In this document: positions 8,665 to 19,968 of the stretch, piece by piece
How positions within the stretch are numbered: position 1 is the first letter of the stretch
Layout: every line of letters begins with the position of its first letter
Source of the DNA: an uncultured Desulfosarcina sp.
Lineage (GTDB): Bacteria; Desulfobacterota; Desulfobacteria; Desulfobacterales; Desulfosarcinaceae
Length of the DNA: 64,000 nucleotides
Assembly: GCA_963674945.2 (NCBI GenBank)
Contig: CAXXWQ010000004.1
Coordinates: 2,816,001-2,880,000 of the forward strand
Direction of reading: 5' to 3'
Notes under the pieces: model-generated
Seen by the model: only the letters and a program-made list of their open reading frames with translations
Database searches by the model: none
Told to the model about the DNA's origin: nothing
Made by a program: the position numbers and the translations under genes

Positions 8665-10011
8665 ATGAGACCTACATCCGATGCAGTACGCCGTAAACTG
8701 AGAGCAAGCGCGACGGCGATTTTCCAGGCCGGCATCCAGGCGGTGGATCCCGAAACCTGCGTGAATCGCTGGCTGCGGGTCACCGGCGACCGAATCGTCA
8801 TTGGTGACCATGACTACCCGCAAGAAAAGATCCGCAGGCTCTATCTCGTCGGTGCCGGCAAGGCATCGGCAGCCATGGCAAGGGCTGCCGAAAAACGGCT
8901 GGGGCCTCGCATCGACGACGGGGTGGTGATCACCAAATACGGACACGGCATGCCCCTTGCGTATTGCCGTCTCTTTGAAGCGGGTCATCCGATTCCCGAC
9001 GAACAGGGTCTTTTGGCCACCCAGTCGCTGTTGGATCTGGTCGCCGGTGCCGGTCCTGGCGATCTGATCCTGTGTATGATCTCCGGTGGGGGGTCCGCCC
9101 TCTCTCCTGCACCGCCCCCGGGGATCACCCTGGCCCACAAGCAGGAAACCACCCGGTTGCTGCTGGCATGCGGGGCCACCATCCACGAGATCAACGTCAT
9201 TCGCAAACACCTGTCGCGAATAAAAGGGGGACGGCTCTGCAAAAGTGCCAACGGCGCCCGTATCGTTTCCTTGATCCTCTCCGACGTCATCGGAGACGAC
9301 CTGGATATCATCGCCTCGGGTATGACGGCACCGGACGAGAGCACTTTCGACCAGTGCATGGCCATCTTGGCCCGGTATGATCTTTTGGATCGTATTCCCG
9401 GCCCCGTGCGCCGACACCTGCACCAGGGGTGCGAAAAGTCGATACCGGAGACCCCAAAGCCTGGAAATGAACTTTTCACACGCGTTCGCAACCACATCGT
9501 CGGCAGTATTTCCGATGCCCTGTCGGCCGCCGAGGAAAAGGCCCGAAGAGAAGGATTCTCTCCCTTGGTGCTGACGTCGACGATGCAAGGGGAAGCCAGG
9601 GAAGTGGCCAAGGTATTGTGCAGCATCGCCCGGGAGGTTCGGCGGTCCGGAAGGCCCCTGGCGCCACCGGCCTGCCTGCTGTCCGGTGGGGAGACCACGG
9701 TGACCCTCACCGGAAACGGATTGGGGGGGCGAAACATGGAACTCGCCCTTTCCGCCGGTATTCAATTGGCGGGAGAATCGAATCTATTATTGCTTTCCGG
9801 TGGAACGGACGGCACGGACGGCCCAACGGACGCTGCCGGGGCATTCGCAGATGGATCGATGGTAAAGCGGGCGACTGCCCTCGGCATTTCTTCATCGGAC
9901 CATCTGGCCAACAACGACGCCTACAACTTCTTCAAGCCATTGGAGGATCTTTTCATCACCGGACCGACGCGAACCAATGTGATGGACGTTCAGATCTTTC
10001 TCATTCGCTGA
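8665..10011 (+). CDS. Glycerate 2-kinase / hydroxypyruvate reductase (TtuD/MOFRL family)
   Basis: GAGKAS, ISGGGSAL, GGETTV, GGRNME, GTDGTDG, TGPTRTNVMD; GGAG RBS before ATG 8665. Confidence 0.92.
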   Translation: MRPTSDAVRRKLRASATAIFQAGIQAVDPETCVNRWLRVTGDRIVIGDHDYPQEKIRRLYLVGAGKASAAMARAAEKRLGPRIDDGVVITKYGHGMPLAYCRLFEAGHPIPDEQGLLATQSLLDLVAGAGPGDLILCMISGGGSALSPAPPPGITLAHKQETTRLLLACGATIHEINVIRKHLSRIKGGRLCKSANGARIVSLILSDVIGDDLDIIASGMTAPDESTFDQCMAILARYDLLDRIPGPVRRHLHQGCEKSIPETPKPGNELFTRVRNHIVGSISDALSAAEEKARREGFSPLVLTSTMQGEAREVAKVLCSIAREVRRSGRPLAPPACLLSGGETTVTLTGNGLGGRNMELALSAGIQLAGESNLLLLSGGTDGTDGPTDAAGAFADGSMVKRATALGISSSDHLANNDAYNFFKPLEDLFITGPTRTNVMDVQIFLIR

Positions 10012-10221
10012 TGTCCGACATTTTAGGGGCTCATTCGCAAGGCATCACCCTATTATTCTTTTCGATACAGAATGTATCTGCAATCGGGTGAAAGTTGAGA
10101 TACAGGGTATTGATATCTGTTCCGAGACCTCAAAAGTTTTAGATCAACGGATTGAATGTATCTGTAATCGAGCCAAGGCTTGGTTGCATCAAAATTCTAC
10201 TCTGTTTTTTTTAAGTGGGTT

Positions 10222-11493
10222 CTAATCACTCAAAAGCAGCAGCGGTATGTGTGGCATAGGCATCCCAAACGGTGGTGTCTGACAATCCCCCCATCCCAGT
10301 TGAATAGCATTAAGGAAATCTCGAAGGTCAGGATCTGTTGCATACAGATGGTTGTTGCAAATGTCTAGTTCCTCCAGCCTTGTAAGGTTTGTCAGCGTCG
10401 AGGGAATTTTTCCTCTTAGCTCATTGTCGCTTAAATCAAGCACCAACAAACGCGTTAGATACCCCAATTCAAGAGGGATGTGACCGGTCAATTGGTTTCC
10501 ATTCAGCCTTAACCACGTGAGGTAACCACAATTACCCAACTCAGAGAGAATAGATCCTGTGAAATCATTGTGATCAAGATAAAGACGTACAAGGTTAAGG
10601 TTATATAATTCTATAGGTATCGTTCCTGAAAGTTGGTTGTTATCGAGTTCCAGATGTGTAAGATTACCAAGATTACCAATTTCCTGAGGGATCGCACCAG
10701 TTAATTGATTTTTATCAAGACATAGCCACCGAAGATTATCAAGACCCCACAGTTCTATGGGGATAGTACCGACCAAATGGTTGTTACTAAGGTTCAAGCT
10801 TTGAAGATTAGATAAGTTGCTAATTTCCGGGGGGATAACACCGCTTAGCTGGTTATTTAAGAGACTTAGTGCTCTAAGATTGTTAAGGTGGGTCAACTCT
10901 GGAGGAATAGAACCGAGTAACTGGTTACCACCAAGCTGCAATGATATTAAGTTATCAAGGTCACCTAATGTTGAAGGGATAGAACCAGTTAACTGATTCG
11001 CTTGAAGATCCATCTCAGCAAGGTTAATAAGGCCACCTAATTTTGCAGGAATGGGACCAGTTAATTGATTGTTCGAGAGAAATAGTTTTGTAAGCTTAAC
11101 AAGGCTTCCCAATTCTGTGGGAATAGAACTGTTTAGCTGATTGTTTCTTAGAAATAGATAAGAAAGATTGGAAAGGTTCCCTAATTCTGGCGGAATAGTA
11201 CCGATTAGATTGTTTGAGCTGATCATTATTTGAGTAATACTTTCATTATTGGTGCATGTCACCCCATACCATTGATTCTCAGTTCCCGGCATAGCAAAAC
11301 CGTCGGTGTGCAAGGGTACAGTTTTCCACCCGCTGTTGTCAGTCCAATTGTCTCCATCCGTGCTGTTGTATAACGCTATTAGGGCTGCTCTTTCCGTGGC
11401 TGAGATGTCGGCGTGAGAGGTGTTTATGAGAAATGGATAAGTAACAAAGATAACGGCAGCTACTACTACAATTTTCTTTATAGTCCGGCTCAT
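10222..11493 (-). CDS. Secreted leucine-rich-repeat protein (plant-receptor-like 24-aa LRRs)
   Basis: Signal peptide, ERAALIALYNST...W cap, 12 full LxLxxNxLxGxIPxxL repeats; visibly more AT-rich than its neighbours. Confidence 0.9.
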   Translation of the reverse strand: MSRTIKKIVVVAAVIFVTYPFLINTSHADISATERAALIALYNSTDGDNWTDNSGWKTVPLHTDGFAMPGTENQWYGVTCTNNESITQIMISSNNLIGTIPPELGNLSNLSYLFLRNNQLNSSIPTELGSLVKLTKLFLSNNQLTGPIPAKLGGLINLAEMDLQANQLTGSIPSTLGDLDNLISLQLGGNQLLGSIPPELTHLNNLRALSLLNNQLSGVIPPEISNLSNLQSLNLSNNHLVGTIPIELWGLDNLRWLCLDKNQLTGAIPQEIGNLGNLTHLELDNNQLSGTIPIELYNLNLVRLYLDHNDFTGSILSELGNCGYLTWLRLNGNQLTGHIPLELGYLTRLLVLDLSDNELRGKIPSTLTNLTRLEELDICNNHLYATDPDLRDFLNAIQLGWGDCQTPPFGMPMPHIPLLLLSD

Positions 11494-12155
11494 ATTTGCG
11501 CTCCTAACGTTCAGTCGATCCTCATCGTAGTCGAGTTGCAAGCAAAAATAGTGCAAGGAGGAAGGTTTTGGCTTTTTGAATCAAAAACGCATTAGAACAG
11601 CGGGTTAGATATGCGTGACTATTGTCAGATGACAGATATTGGCATGGAATTATTTACATAATATGGGGTTTTTTACATAGCCCAGTGGCGTTGCAAAAAT
11701 TCTGCTACAGGTAAAAATGAAGGGATCGGCGGTGGTCTCCAAAAACATCACAATGTGATAAGAGTTAATAAGTAAGGCCAACATGCAATTCAACTTTTGG
11801 AACAGTTCATGACTTGGAAGGCCATCTGTACAGATATATTAAGCCGCAGTGTGGATAAAGAAAATTGTTTGCCATACGTAAGGTAACCCAACGTCTCAGC
11901 TACTGTTAAAAACTTGTATTTTCAACTGTCTATAAAAGTGTTCGTTGTGATAGACAGACCATATCTGGTGTGGAATGAAGGACTGCTTTATCGTTTTATG
12001 GTTTTTAGGAGCCCGCAAGATTTTTTTGATTACGGCTATACGATTTCGTCGATGATGCGACCTTCTTGATGGAATGGATCCTCTGATCGTGATGATGTGG
12101 CGTTAGAATCGGTTTTGTTTTTTGCCTGCCGCTGTTCCAGTTCAGCCTTTCAACA

Positions 12156-12719
12156 TCATGTTGCCATCGCCCTCTGGGCACCGGTTTCCAGCGCCATGAG
12201 AGAAGCTTGCAGCAACTTCGGCTTGTCTTTCAGCCGCCGGGTCAACACCGCTTCTATGTTCTTCGTGTCGCAGTGAAACACTCCCGGTTTCCCCTCCCCA
12301 TGCGGAAAACAGGCCAGGGCATAGCCCAGCAAAAAGAGATTCACGGAACGGGGCGCGCCCGTTTCCCGGGCCAGCCGGTCTACATCGAAAAACAGACGGC
12401 GACCCGCCGATTCCGTTTCGCTTCCGTTTATCACCGCCCACCCTCCGGGCTTGAGAAAACCGCCGTGCTGATCGAGGCTTTCCGCTTTCAGGGCGATCAG
12501 TCCGTCCGCCTGACCCGGACGGATCAAAGGACTGGTAAAACGGCCGACTTTGAGATGGGAGATCACCGTACCCCCCCGCTGCGCCATCCCATGGGTTTCC
12601 GATGTGAAGACCGGCATGCCTTTGTCGATGGCTGCCTCGGCCAGGAGCCGGGTGACGAACAAGACGCCCTGGCCTCCGACGCCGCCGATGACCAGTTGAA
12701 ATGAAAATTCTTTATCCAT
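12156..12719 (-). CDS. iorB: Indolepyruvate:ferredoxin oxidoreductase beta subunit
   Basis: GVGGQG and ETHGMAQRGG motifs; directly downstream of iorA. Confidence 0.9.
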   Translation of the reverse strand: MDKEFSFQLVIGGVGGQGVLFVTRLLAEAAIDKGMPVFTSETHGMAQRGGTVISHLKVGRFTSPLIRPGQADGLIALKAESLDQHGGFLKPGGWAVINGSETESAGRRLFFDVDRLARETGAPRSVNLFLLGYALACFPHGEGKPGVFHCDTKNIEAVLTRRLKDKPKLLQASLMALETGAQRAMAT

Positions 12720-14544
12720 TGTTATCTCTTTTCACAATTGCCCCCTTTGGGCAGACCGCAAGACACACACCGCAGCCGATGCATACCATGGGATCCACCA
12801 TGGTACGCTGACCATCGTCTGTGGGAACCAGGCCCGGGCACTCGAAATGCTCCAGACAGTATTTACAGCCATCGCAGCCGTCATCCACCATGACTTCCAT
12901 AAAATCTGCGGTCCCGCCCTTTCGGGACAGGTCGATGATACACGGATGGCGGGCGATGACAACCGCCGGGCCCCGGTCGCGGGCAAAGGCCACGGCCGAT
13001 TTGAGCGTCCGAATGAAAATTTCCAGGTCGTAGGGATCACCCACTTCGAGGAATTGGACGCCACATCCTTCGATGAGCTTCTCCATGTCTACTTTTACCA
13101 ATGGCTCCCCGGCGACCCCTCTGCCCGTGGCCGGCGTCGGCTGGCTGCCGGTCATGGCCGTGGTTCGGTTGTCCAGAACCACGAGAACGAAACGGACATT
13201 TTGGTTCACCGCGTCGATGAGGGCGGGGACGCCTGCGTGGAAAAAAGTGGAGTCTCCCATGGTGGCCACGATGTCGGGCCGTTTGGCCTCGTTTTTGTGG
13301 GCGTGGTAAAATCCGGCGGCCTGACTGATGGCGGCGCCCATGCATAGGACCGTGTCCACCGCCTTCAGGTTCAACCCCAAGGTGTAACAGCCAATATCAC
13401 TGGTATAGATCCCCCGCGGTGCCGCTTTTTTAATGGCGAAAAAACTGGCCCGGTGGGGGCAGCCGGCGCACAGGGTCGGCCGGCGCCCCGTAACCTCGGC
13501 CACCGTCGGAATGTCGACCCGCATACCGGAAAAATCGGCCACCAGCTGGGCGACCTTCTCGGGAAGCAGCTCTCCCACCCGGGGTACAACACCGTTCAAT
13601 TTTCCCTTTATGTGTCGGTGATCGGCCAGCTGCATCTCGATGATGCCGGTGGTCTCCTCCAGGATCAGCACCTCTTCATGATCGGCAAGCAGACGCTTTG
13701 CGAAAGCCGCATGCAGGGGAAAGGGTTGCAGGACCTGGTAAAAAGGAAGCGTTTCCCATAGCCCCAGATCCTTCAGGGCCTCGGCGGTGTAGGCGGCGGC
13801 CACCCCGCTGGCCACGACGGCCCGACGGCCGGAAGCCTTAGGATTGTGCCGTACCGGCGCGGTGCCCGGATAGGCTGCCATGACCGACAGCTTCTCTTCC
13901 AGTTCCAAGTGAAGCCGGTATCGGAACTTTGGCGTCGCGGCCCACCGCGAAGGATCCTTGGCAAAATTTGGGGTGGTGACATGGGGCATTACCGTTCCCG
14001 GCGCAATATCCTGCCGGCTGTGGCACACCCTCGTCGTCGGCCGGATCATCACCGGCGTCCTGACTTTCTCGGACAGAAGGTATGCCAGATCCACCATTTC
14101 CCCTGCCTGCCGGGGAGAGTCAGGATCGAGCACGGGAATCTTGGCCATCATGGCCATCATACGGCTGTCCTGTTCCGTCTGGGAGGAGTGTGGTCCGGGA
14201 TCGTCGGCGCTGATGATCACGAACCCGCCGAACACGCCCATGTAGGCGGCACTCATCAACGGATCAGATGCTACGTTGAGGCCCACCTGCTTCATGGCGA
14301 CGGCCGTTCGGAGGCCGGCCTGACAACCGGCGTAGGCGATTTCCAATGCCACCTTTTCATTGATGGCCCATTGGGTGTGCATCTGAATTTTGTATCGTTT
14401 TCGGTAGCCGGTGACGGCCGCCAGGATCTCCGAGGAGGGGGTTCCCGGATAGGCCGTGGCGATGCGGCAACCATTTTCCAGCAATCCATGGGCAATGGCT
14501 TCGTTGCCCATCATCAATTCCTTTTTTCCATCCTGATGTTTCAT
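12712..14544 (-). CDS. iorA: Indolepyruvate:ferredoxin oxidoreductase alpha subunit
   Basis: GNEAIA, YPGTPSSE, MKQVGLNVA, CAGCPH, DIGCY, GDSTFFH and a C-terminal 2x[4Fe-4S] domain. Confidence 0.92.
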   Translation of the reverse strand: MKHQDGKKELMMGNEAIAHGLLENGCRIATAYPGTPSSEILAAVTGYRKRYKIQMHTQWAINEKVALEIAYAGCQAGLRTAVAMKQVGLNVASDPLMSAAYMGVFGGFVIISADDPGPHSSQTEQDSRMMAMMAKIPVLDPDSPRQAGEMVDLAYLLSEKVRTPVMIRPTTRVCHSRQDIAPGTVMPHVTTPNFAKDPSRWAATPKFRYRLHLELEEKLSVMAAYPGTAPVRHNPKASGRRAVVASGVAAAYTAEALKDLGLWETLPFYQVLQPFPLHAAFAKRLLADHEEVLILEETTGIIEMQLADHRHIKGKLNGVVPRVGELLPEKVAQLVADFSGMRVDIPTVAEVTGRRPTLCAGCPHRASFFAIKKAAPRGIYTSDIGCYTLGLNLKAVDTVLCMGAAISQAAGFYHAHKNEAKRPDIVATMGDSTFFHAGVPALIDAVNQNVRFVLVVLDNRTTAMTGSQPTPATGRGVAGEPLVKVDMEKLIEGCGVQFLEVGDPYDLEIFIRTLKSAVAFARDRGPAVVIARHPCIIDLSRKGGTADFMEVMVDDGCDGCKYCLEHFECPGLVPTDDGQRTMVDPMVCIGCGVCLAVCPKGAIVKRDNNG

Positions 14545-15033
14545 CGGGTCCTCGGCTGGTAACAACGGCTTGTGTCCATGGAAAGATGAAGCACATTCAT
14601 GGTTCTTTCAATCTTGACGCTTGGAACTCGGCAAGTGGTTTTCGTTCTACCGGCTGTAGAAAAGCCACTTGCCGTCGCACTGCGCCAAAACATGTCTGTG
14701 CTGTATCGTTCGGGTTGGTTCCGGATGAAAAGCACCGGATTTGATTACAACAAATTAAAGAAAAAGTCGAGGCGCAGTCTACCAATGACCAGACGATCAC
14801 ATTTGGACCTCTTCGTTTATTGAAATATTTCCAAATTCCACTATTTGTGAAATTGGAAGGATGAAAATCATTTTTCCTTTCATTCCTAAAGTTACTCTCA
14901 TTTCCACCGATTTTTAAGACACGTGGCTATCATTGTTCCTCGCTCACTGCGCCAAGTTCTTTGCCGTCAACCGCACAGCACCCTGCAAAAAATGGATACC
15001 ACATCACATTTCATCTGGATTGGAGGGATACTC

Positions 15034-15597
15034 ATGTACAAAACAGGCATCTTCGTTTTTATTTTCACGTTGCTCTTTGGTCTGACCTGCGGTTGGGCCA
15101 CCGAAGAAGAGGCGCCCCAGGCCGTGAAAGAATTGGCCCATGGCTCACTGGCCCAATTGGGTTCAGACCCTGTGATCGTTGCGGCAGTCAAAGCCGAAAA
15201 CGAAAAGCAAAAGACCATGGACCAGATCAAGTCCATGGACGAAAAATGGCTATCCACAGCAGGTATCGCCGATTTCATGAAGGCCCTGATGGACTCGCCG
15301 TGCGGGCAACACCTGAGAAAAATTCAGAATTCAAATGCCTACTATGCGGAAATTTTCGTAATGGACAACCAGGGTGCCAATGTGGCCATGACGGATAAGA
15401 CATCGGACTACTGGCAAGGTGATGAAGCCAAATTCAAAAAGGCTTTCAACGGTGGCAAGAGCGCCGTTTTCGTGGATGCGGTGGAATTCGACGACAGTGC
15501 CCAGGCCTATCTTTGCCAGGTATCGGTGCCTGTACTGGACAATGGCAAGGCCATCGGGGCCATCACCTTCGGCATCGACGTGGACAAGGTTCAATAG
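15034..15597 (+). CDS. Secreted stand-alone PDC/Cache-like sensor-domain protein
   Basis: GGAGG RBS, signal peptide, [13 protein letters not shown]...[11 protein letters not shown]...IGAITFG. Confidence 0.75.
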   Translation: MYKTGIFVFIFTLLFGLTCGWATEEEAPQAVKELAHGSLAQLGSDPVIVAAVKAENEKQKTMDQIKSMDEKWLSTAGIADFMKALMDSPCGQHLRKIQNSNAYYAEIFVMDNQGANVAMTDKTSDYWQGDEAKFKKAFNGGKSAVFVDAVEFDDSAQAYLCQVSVPVLDNGKAIGAITFGIDVDKVQ

Positions 15598-15697
15598 TCG
15601 CGGCCAGATACATGCGTGCCCGTTCTCATCCGGCAGCCGTGTACACATAAAGGCGGGCTCCTTTTCGAGGTTGATTATTAGAAGAGAAATAGAAATT

Positions 15698-17398
15698 ATG
15701 ACCAAAATAATAAATATTTTCAGAAATTTAAAAATTCGTGCCAAGCTCTTTTCCAGTTTTTCGATCCTGCTTTTATTCATGGGCCTCATCGGATATACGG
15801 GCTACAATAGCGTACGTCATGTTATGGAGGACCTGAAAGAGATTTTCAACGTACGCCTGCCCAGCATCAATTATCTTTTGCAGGCCGACAGAGATCTTCA
15901 CCAGTTGCTTGTGGCGGAGCGGTCGATGATCTTTGCCAATACGAAATCGGACCAATTCAAGGAACTGGTATCCGAGTACGAGACCAATCTGAAGCAAGCC
16001 GAAGAGCGCTGGGAGAAATTCAAGGCACTGCCGGCAAGTCCCGAGGAAGAGGCCATCATGCCGGTTTATGACAAGGCACGCAAAGAGTGGATGGCCGTTT
16101 CCCGGAAAATCGTGGAGGGTCGGTTGGCGGATACCCGACAGGGGAGACGATATGCTCTGGATGTTGCCCTTGGCGAAGCAAAAACCAAGTTCGAACAGAT
16201 GCGCGACCACCTGGACAAACTGACGGAGATCAACCTGACCATTGCCGCCCAGGCGGAGGAGGCTGCTTCCAAAAGTTATCAACATGCCGTTGTCGTTCTG
16301 ATGACGACCCTGGCCATGAGCATTTTTCTGGGAATTGTGATGGCCTGGCTGATCGGCCGCAATATCACCCGCCCGGTAAACGCTGCCGTTGAAAGTCTCA
16401 AGGACATCGCCCAGGGTGAAGGGGACCTGACAATGCGCCTGCCGGTAAGCAGCCGGGACGAGGTGGGTGAACTGTCCCGCTGGTTCAACACCTTTATCGA
16501 GAAACTCCAGGGTGTCATCAGGGAGATCGCCGGCGGCGTGGAGACCCTCTCTTCGTCGTCCACGGAGCTTTCCACTATCAGCGACCAGATGGCTCAGGGG
16601 ATAGAAAACGTCACGGACAAGTCAAACACCGTCTCTGCCGCCGCCGAAGAGATGAGTACCAACATGAATAACGTTGCTGCCGCCATGGAGCAGTCGGCCA
16701 CCAACACCAATATGGTGGCCGCCGCCGCCGAACAGATGTCCGCTACCGTCGGCGAAATCGCCCAGAACGCGGAAAAGGCGCGTAGCACCTCCGAAGAGGC
16801 GGCGAAGAAAGCGACCAGTACATCGGCCAACATGGATCAGCTGGGTGCGGCGGCACAGGCCATCGGCAAGGTTGTCGAGACCATCACCGACATCAGTGAG
16901 CAGGTGAATCTGTTGGCACTCAACGCCACCATCGAGGCGGCACGGGCCGGCGAGGCGGGCAAGGGCTTTGCCGTAGTGGCGAACGAGATCAAGGAACTGG
17001 CCAAGCAAACCGCCGCGGCAACAGGTGATATAAAGGAGAAGATCGATCGGATCCAGGGTACCACCGATACCACGGTGGAACAGATCGGTGAGATCGCCCA
17101 GGTGATCGCCGCCGTCAACGACGTGGTGGCCACCATTGCCGCCGCCGTCGAGGAGCAATCGACCTCCACGAGGGATATCGCAACCAATGTGACCCAGGCG
17201 TCCCAGGGCATCCAGGATGTCAACGAGAGTGTGAACCAAAGCTCTTCCGTATCTGCCGAGATGTCAAAGGACATCGGCGAGGTCAGCGTATCCATGAACG
17301 AAATGTCCACGAGCAGCAGCCAGGTGAATCTCAGCGCCCGGGAACTGTCCACACTTTCGGAAAACCTGAAACGGCTGGTGGATCAGTTTAAGGTGTAG
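15698..17398 (+). CDS. Methyl-accepting chemotaxis protein (helical periplasmic sensor, HAMP, MA domain)
   Basis: Two TMs, HAMP (GDLT..L...SRDEVG), [34 protein letters not shown]. Confidence 0.95.
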   Translation: MTKIINIFRNLKIRAKLFSSFSILLLFMGLIGYTGYNSVRHVMEDLKEIFNVRLPSINYLLQADRDLHQLLVAERSMIFANTKSDQFKELVSEYETNLKQAEERWEKFKALPASPEEEAIMPVYDKARKEWMAVSRKIVEGRLADTRQGRRYALDVALGEAKTKFEQMRDHLDKLTEINLTIAAQAEEAASKSYQHAVVVLMTTLAMSIFLGIVMAWLIGRNITRPVNAAVESLKDIAQGEGDLTMRLPVSSRDEVGELSRWFNTFIEKLQGVIREIAGGVETLSSSSTELSTISDQMAQGIENVTDKSNTVSAAAEEMSTNMNNVAAAMEQSATNTNMVAAAAEQMSATVGEIAQNAEKARSTSEEAAKKATSTSANMDQLGAAAQAIGKVVETITDISEQVNLLALNATIEAARAGEAGKGFAVVANEIKELAKQTAAATGDIKEKIDRIQGTTDTTVEQIGEIAQVIAAVNDVVATIAAAVEEQSTSTRDIATNVTQASQGIQDVNESVNQSSSVSAEMSKDIGEVSVSMNEMSTSSSQVNLSARELSTLSENLKRLVDQFKV

Positions 17399-17441
17399 AA
17401 ATCCTGGGAGCGCGATTGGTATCGCGCTCCCAGGATTTTTA
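17399..17441 (+). terminator. Rho-independent terminator after the MCP gene
   Basis: Near-perfect hairpin aaatcctgggagcgcgat-tggt-atcgcgctcccaggattt followed by T tracts. Confidence 0.85.
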
Positions 17442-17500
17442 TAATTGGTTTTTTTTTCTTTCCTATAGCACGAGCAAAGATTCTCGCTGCAGGTATCCTG

Positions 17501-18757
17501 ATGACAGAGATGCGTGGAAATTCGAAAATCTACGATCATTTTTTCGTGGCCAGGCAGCCGATTTTTCATGAAAACGGACAGATCTGGGGGTATGAATTAT
17601 TGTTTCGGTCCGGCCCGGACTATCAAATCGCAGCCATCACCGACGGTGACCTGGCCACCTTCTCGGTTGCCACCTGTGGATTTATTCGATCCCAGGAAGA
17701 CATCGATCAGAGTAAAAAAATCTGTGTGAATTTTACGGAACAGCTTCTGGTTCAGGGGGCACCTCGGGGATTGCCGAGTACCGTCGCCGTCATCGAGGTG
17801 CTGGAAGACGTGATTCCGTCCGACACGGTGATCGAAAAACTGATCGAGTACAAACAAGAAGGGTATCTGATCGCCATCGACGATTTCGAAGGAAGAACGG
17901 ATATCATGGATTTCATCGGACTGGCGGACATCATCAAAGTCGATGTCTTTGATAAAACAATAGGAGAAATCGAAGGGATCTGCCGGATTATTGAAGGCAG
18001 CAAGGCCGTTCGGCTTGCCGAGAAGGTGGAACACAGCGAACTCATTCCCCCGTTACAACGGTTGGGATTCACCCTTTTCCAGGGGTACTATTTTTCCAAA
18101 CCGGAGCTGTTACGTGGCCGTAAGATCAGTGCCACGGAAATTTCGAAGCTGCGCGTTCTCCAGGTAATCGAGGATGCATCCGCAACGACGGAGACCATCG
18201 AGACGGTGATCGCCTACGACCCGAGCATTACCTATCGACTGTTGCGGCTGTTAAACAGCGCCGCATTCGGCTTTTCCATTAAAATCAAGTCCATCCGTCA
18301 CGCCATAACCTTGGTGGGACTGAAACGCCTGAAAAACTGGCTACGGATGGTGGTGCTGTCCGATCTGTTGGGGGGAAAAAATCCCGAAATCTATACGATG
18401 GCATTGACGCGTGGAAAGATGCTCGAGGAGATGGTCGACGAAGACCAGATTCGGGATACCGGTGCCGAAACGATGTTTTTGTTCGGCCTGCTCTCCCTGA
18501 TCGATACCATGATGGACATCCCCATGGCCCAGATGCTCGACCAGCTCCCCCTTCCGGATGCGATAAAAGCCGGCTACATTGACGAAAACTCCAAGTACAA
18601 CAAATATCTACAACTCCTCGTGGCCGTTGAGCATTCGCGGCCGGATCGATTTACCGGCTTATGCAATGAGCTTGAATTTGACCGGGAACGTGTCGCACAA
18701 GGCTATCTGCGCGCCATTGTATGGGCGAACAAGGTGAACATGCAGGCTCTTCAATAG
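17501..18757 (+). CDS. EAL/HDOD-domain signalling protein (YuxH-like)
   Basis: ARQPI, YELLFR, IAIDDF, LAEKVE, FQGYYFSKP, then an HDOD region (LLRLLNSAAF). Confidence 0.88.
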   Translation: MTEMRGNSKIYDHFFVARQPIFHENGQIWGYELLFRSGPDYQIAAITDGDLATFSVATCGFIRSQEDIDQSKKICVNFTEQLLVQGAPRGLPSTVAVIEVLEDVIPSDTVIEKLIEYKQEGYLIAIDDFEGRTDIMDFIGLADIIKVDVFDKTIGEIEGICRIIEGSKAVRLAEKVEHSELIPPLQRLGFTLFQGYYFSKPELLRGRKISATEISKLRVLQVIEDASATTETIETVIAYDPSITYRLLRLLNSAAFGFSIKIKSIRHAITLVGLKRLKNWLRMVVLSDLLGGKNPEIYTMALTRGKMLEEMVDEDQIRDTGAETMFLFGLLSLIDTMMDIPMAQMLDQLPLPDAIKAGYIDENSKYNKYLQLLVAVEHSRPDRFTGLCNELEFDRERVAQGYLRAIVWANKVNMQALQ

Positions 18758-19051
18758 GCGAACGCGAGACCAGATTTTCCTTCCCCCCCACCACCCCTCC
18801 CCGTTTGGCGACAGCCGCATGTTGTTGTCTGGCCGGTCGCCTCGAACACATGCCGGGCCGATCCCCATTATCCATACGATTCGGTAAATTTTCGGTTGTC
18901 GTTCCGGATCGGGGAAACGTATGATCATCCCGGAACCAGGGGCACCGAAAGTAAAAAATGTCGTTTGTTTCTATCTATCGGTACTTGACCTGGGCCTGTG
19001 GCTGGAATAGGTAGGGGTGATCAAATTTCGTTAACAGTGTGGGAGGGTGTC

Positions 19052-19918
19052 GTGTCCGATTTCCACGACCTCATACAATTCGTCTTTGCGGGTATCACCA
19101 GTGGTGCCATCTATGCGCTGATCGCATTGGGCTTTTGTGTGGTGAACAATACCATGGGCATCGTCAACTTCGTTCAGGTGGATTTTGTCTCCTTGGGCGG
19201 TATGTTCCTCTTTTCCGGATTGTTCTGGATGGGCCTGCCCATGGTCCTCGCCCTGCCCATGGCCGTGATCACCGTAACCCTGGTGGGCATGGCCGTAGAG
19301 CGAATCGGGATTCGCGCCTCGCGATCCCAAAACCATCTGGTACTGATATTTCTGACCATCGGTATCTCCATCATCCTGCGCGGTATCATGAAGCTGGTGT
19401 GGGGAAAAAACCGGATGGCCGTGCCCTCCCTGATCGGCGACGCCCCCTTGCACATCGCCGGTGCCACTATCTTGCCCCAGGCCGTGGCCATCCTGGTAAT
19501 CACCGCACTGGCCATTTGCCTGCTGGTCTTATTCTTTCAGGGAACCCGGCTGGGCCTGGCAATGCGAGCGGTAGCATCGAATCAGACGGCAGCGGCGGTG
19601 GTGGGGCTTCCCGTGGGTCGTGTAAAGGCGGCCAGCTTTGCCCTGGCCGGCGCTTTGGGCGGACTCGCCGGCGTACTGGTGACTCCCATCACCACCTTGA
19701 GCTACGATGTGGGTGTCCTTTTGGGCCTCAAGGGGTTCGCCGCGGCCATTTTGGGTGGTTTCGGGTCTTTTCCCGGCGCCGTTTTGGGGGGTGTGGGACT
19801 GGGTTTGCTGGAAAGCCTGTCCGCCGGTTATCTCAGCAGTGCCTACAAGGATGTGATGGCGTTCGTGGTATTGCTGCTGGTGCTGTTTGTAAGACCCAAG
19901 GGTTTGCTGGGCAAATAG
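19052..19918 (+). CDS. Branched-chain-amino-acid-type ABC permease (LivH-like)
   Basis: GAIYALIALG, GLAMRA, KGFAAAILGG, RPKGLLG; GTG start after GGAGG. Confidence 0.9.
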   Translation: MSDFHDLIQFVFAGITSGAIYALIALGFCVVNNTMGIVNFVQVDFVSLGGMFLFSGLFWMGLPMVLALPMAVITVTLVGMAVERIGIRASRSQNHLVLIFLTIGISIILRGIMKLVWGKNRMAVPSLIGDAPLHIAGATILPQAVAILVITALAICLLVLFFQGTRLGLAMRAVASNQTAAAVVGLPVGRVKAASFALAGALGGLAGVLVTPITTLSYDVGVLLGLKGFAAAILGGFGSFPGAVLGGVGLGLLESLSAGYLSSAYKDVMAFVVLLLVLFVRPKGLLGK

Positions 19919-19968
19919 GCCGAGTATGCCAAAAACGGGTAAATCCACGAGATGAGACGTTACGTTCA

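Noticed and set aside
11600..12100. Possible ncRNA or transposase remnant upstream of the LRR gene
   Set aside because: AT-rich, but I found no convincing ORF, terminal repeat or RNA motif
19039..19968. 640-aa N-terminally extended livM ORF
   Set aside because: The extension overlaps livH in another frame and is not protein-like; the real start is near 19969
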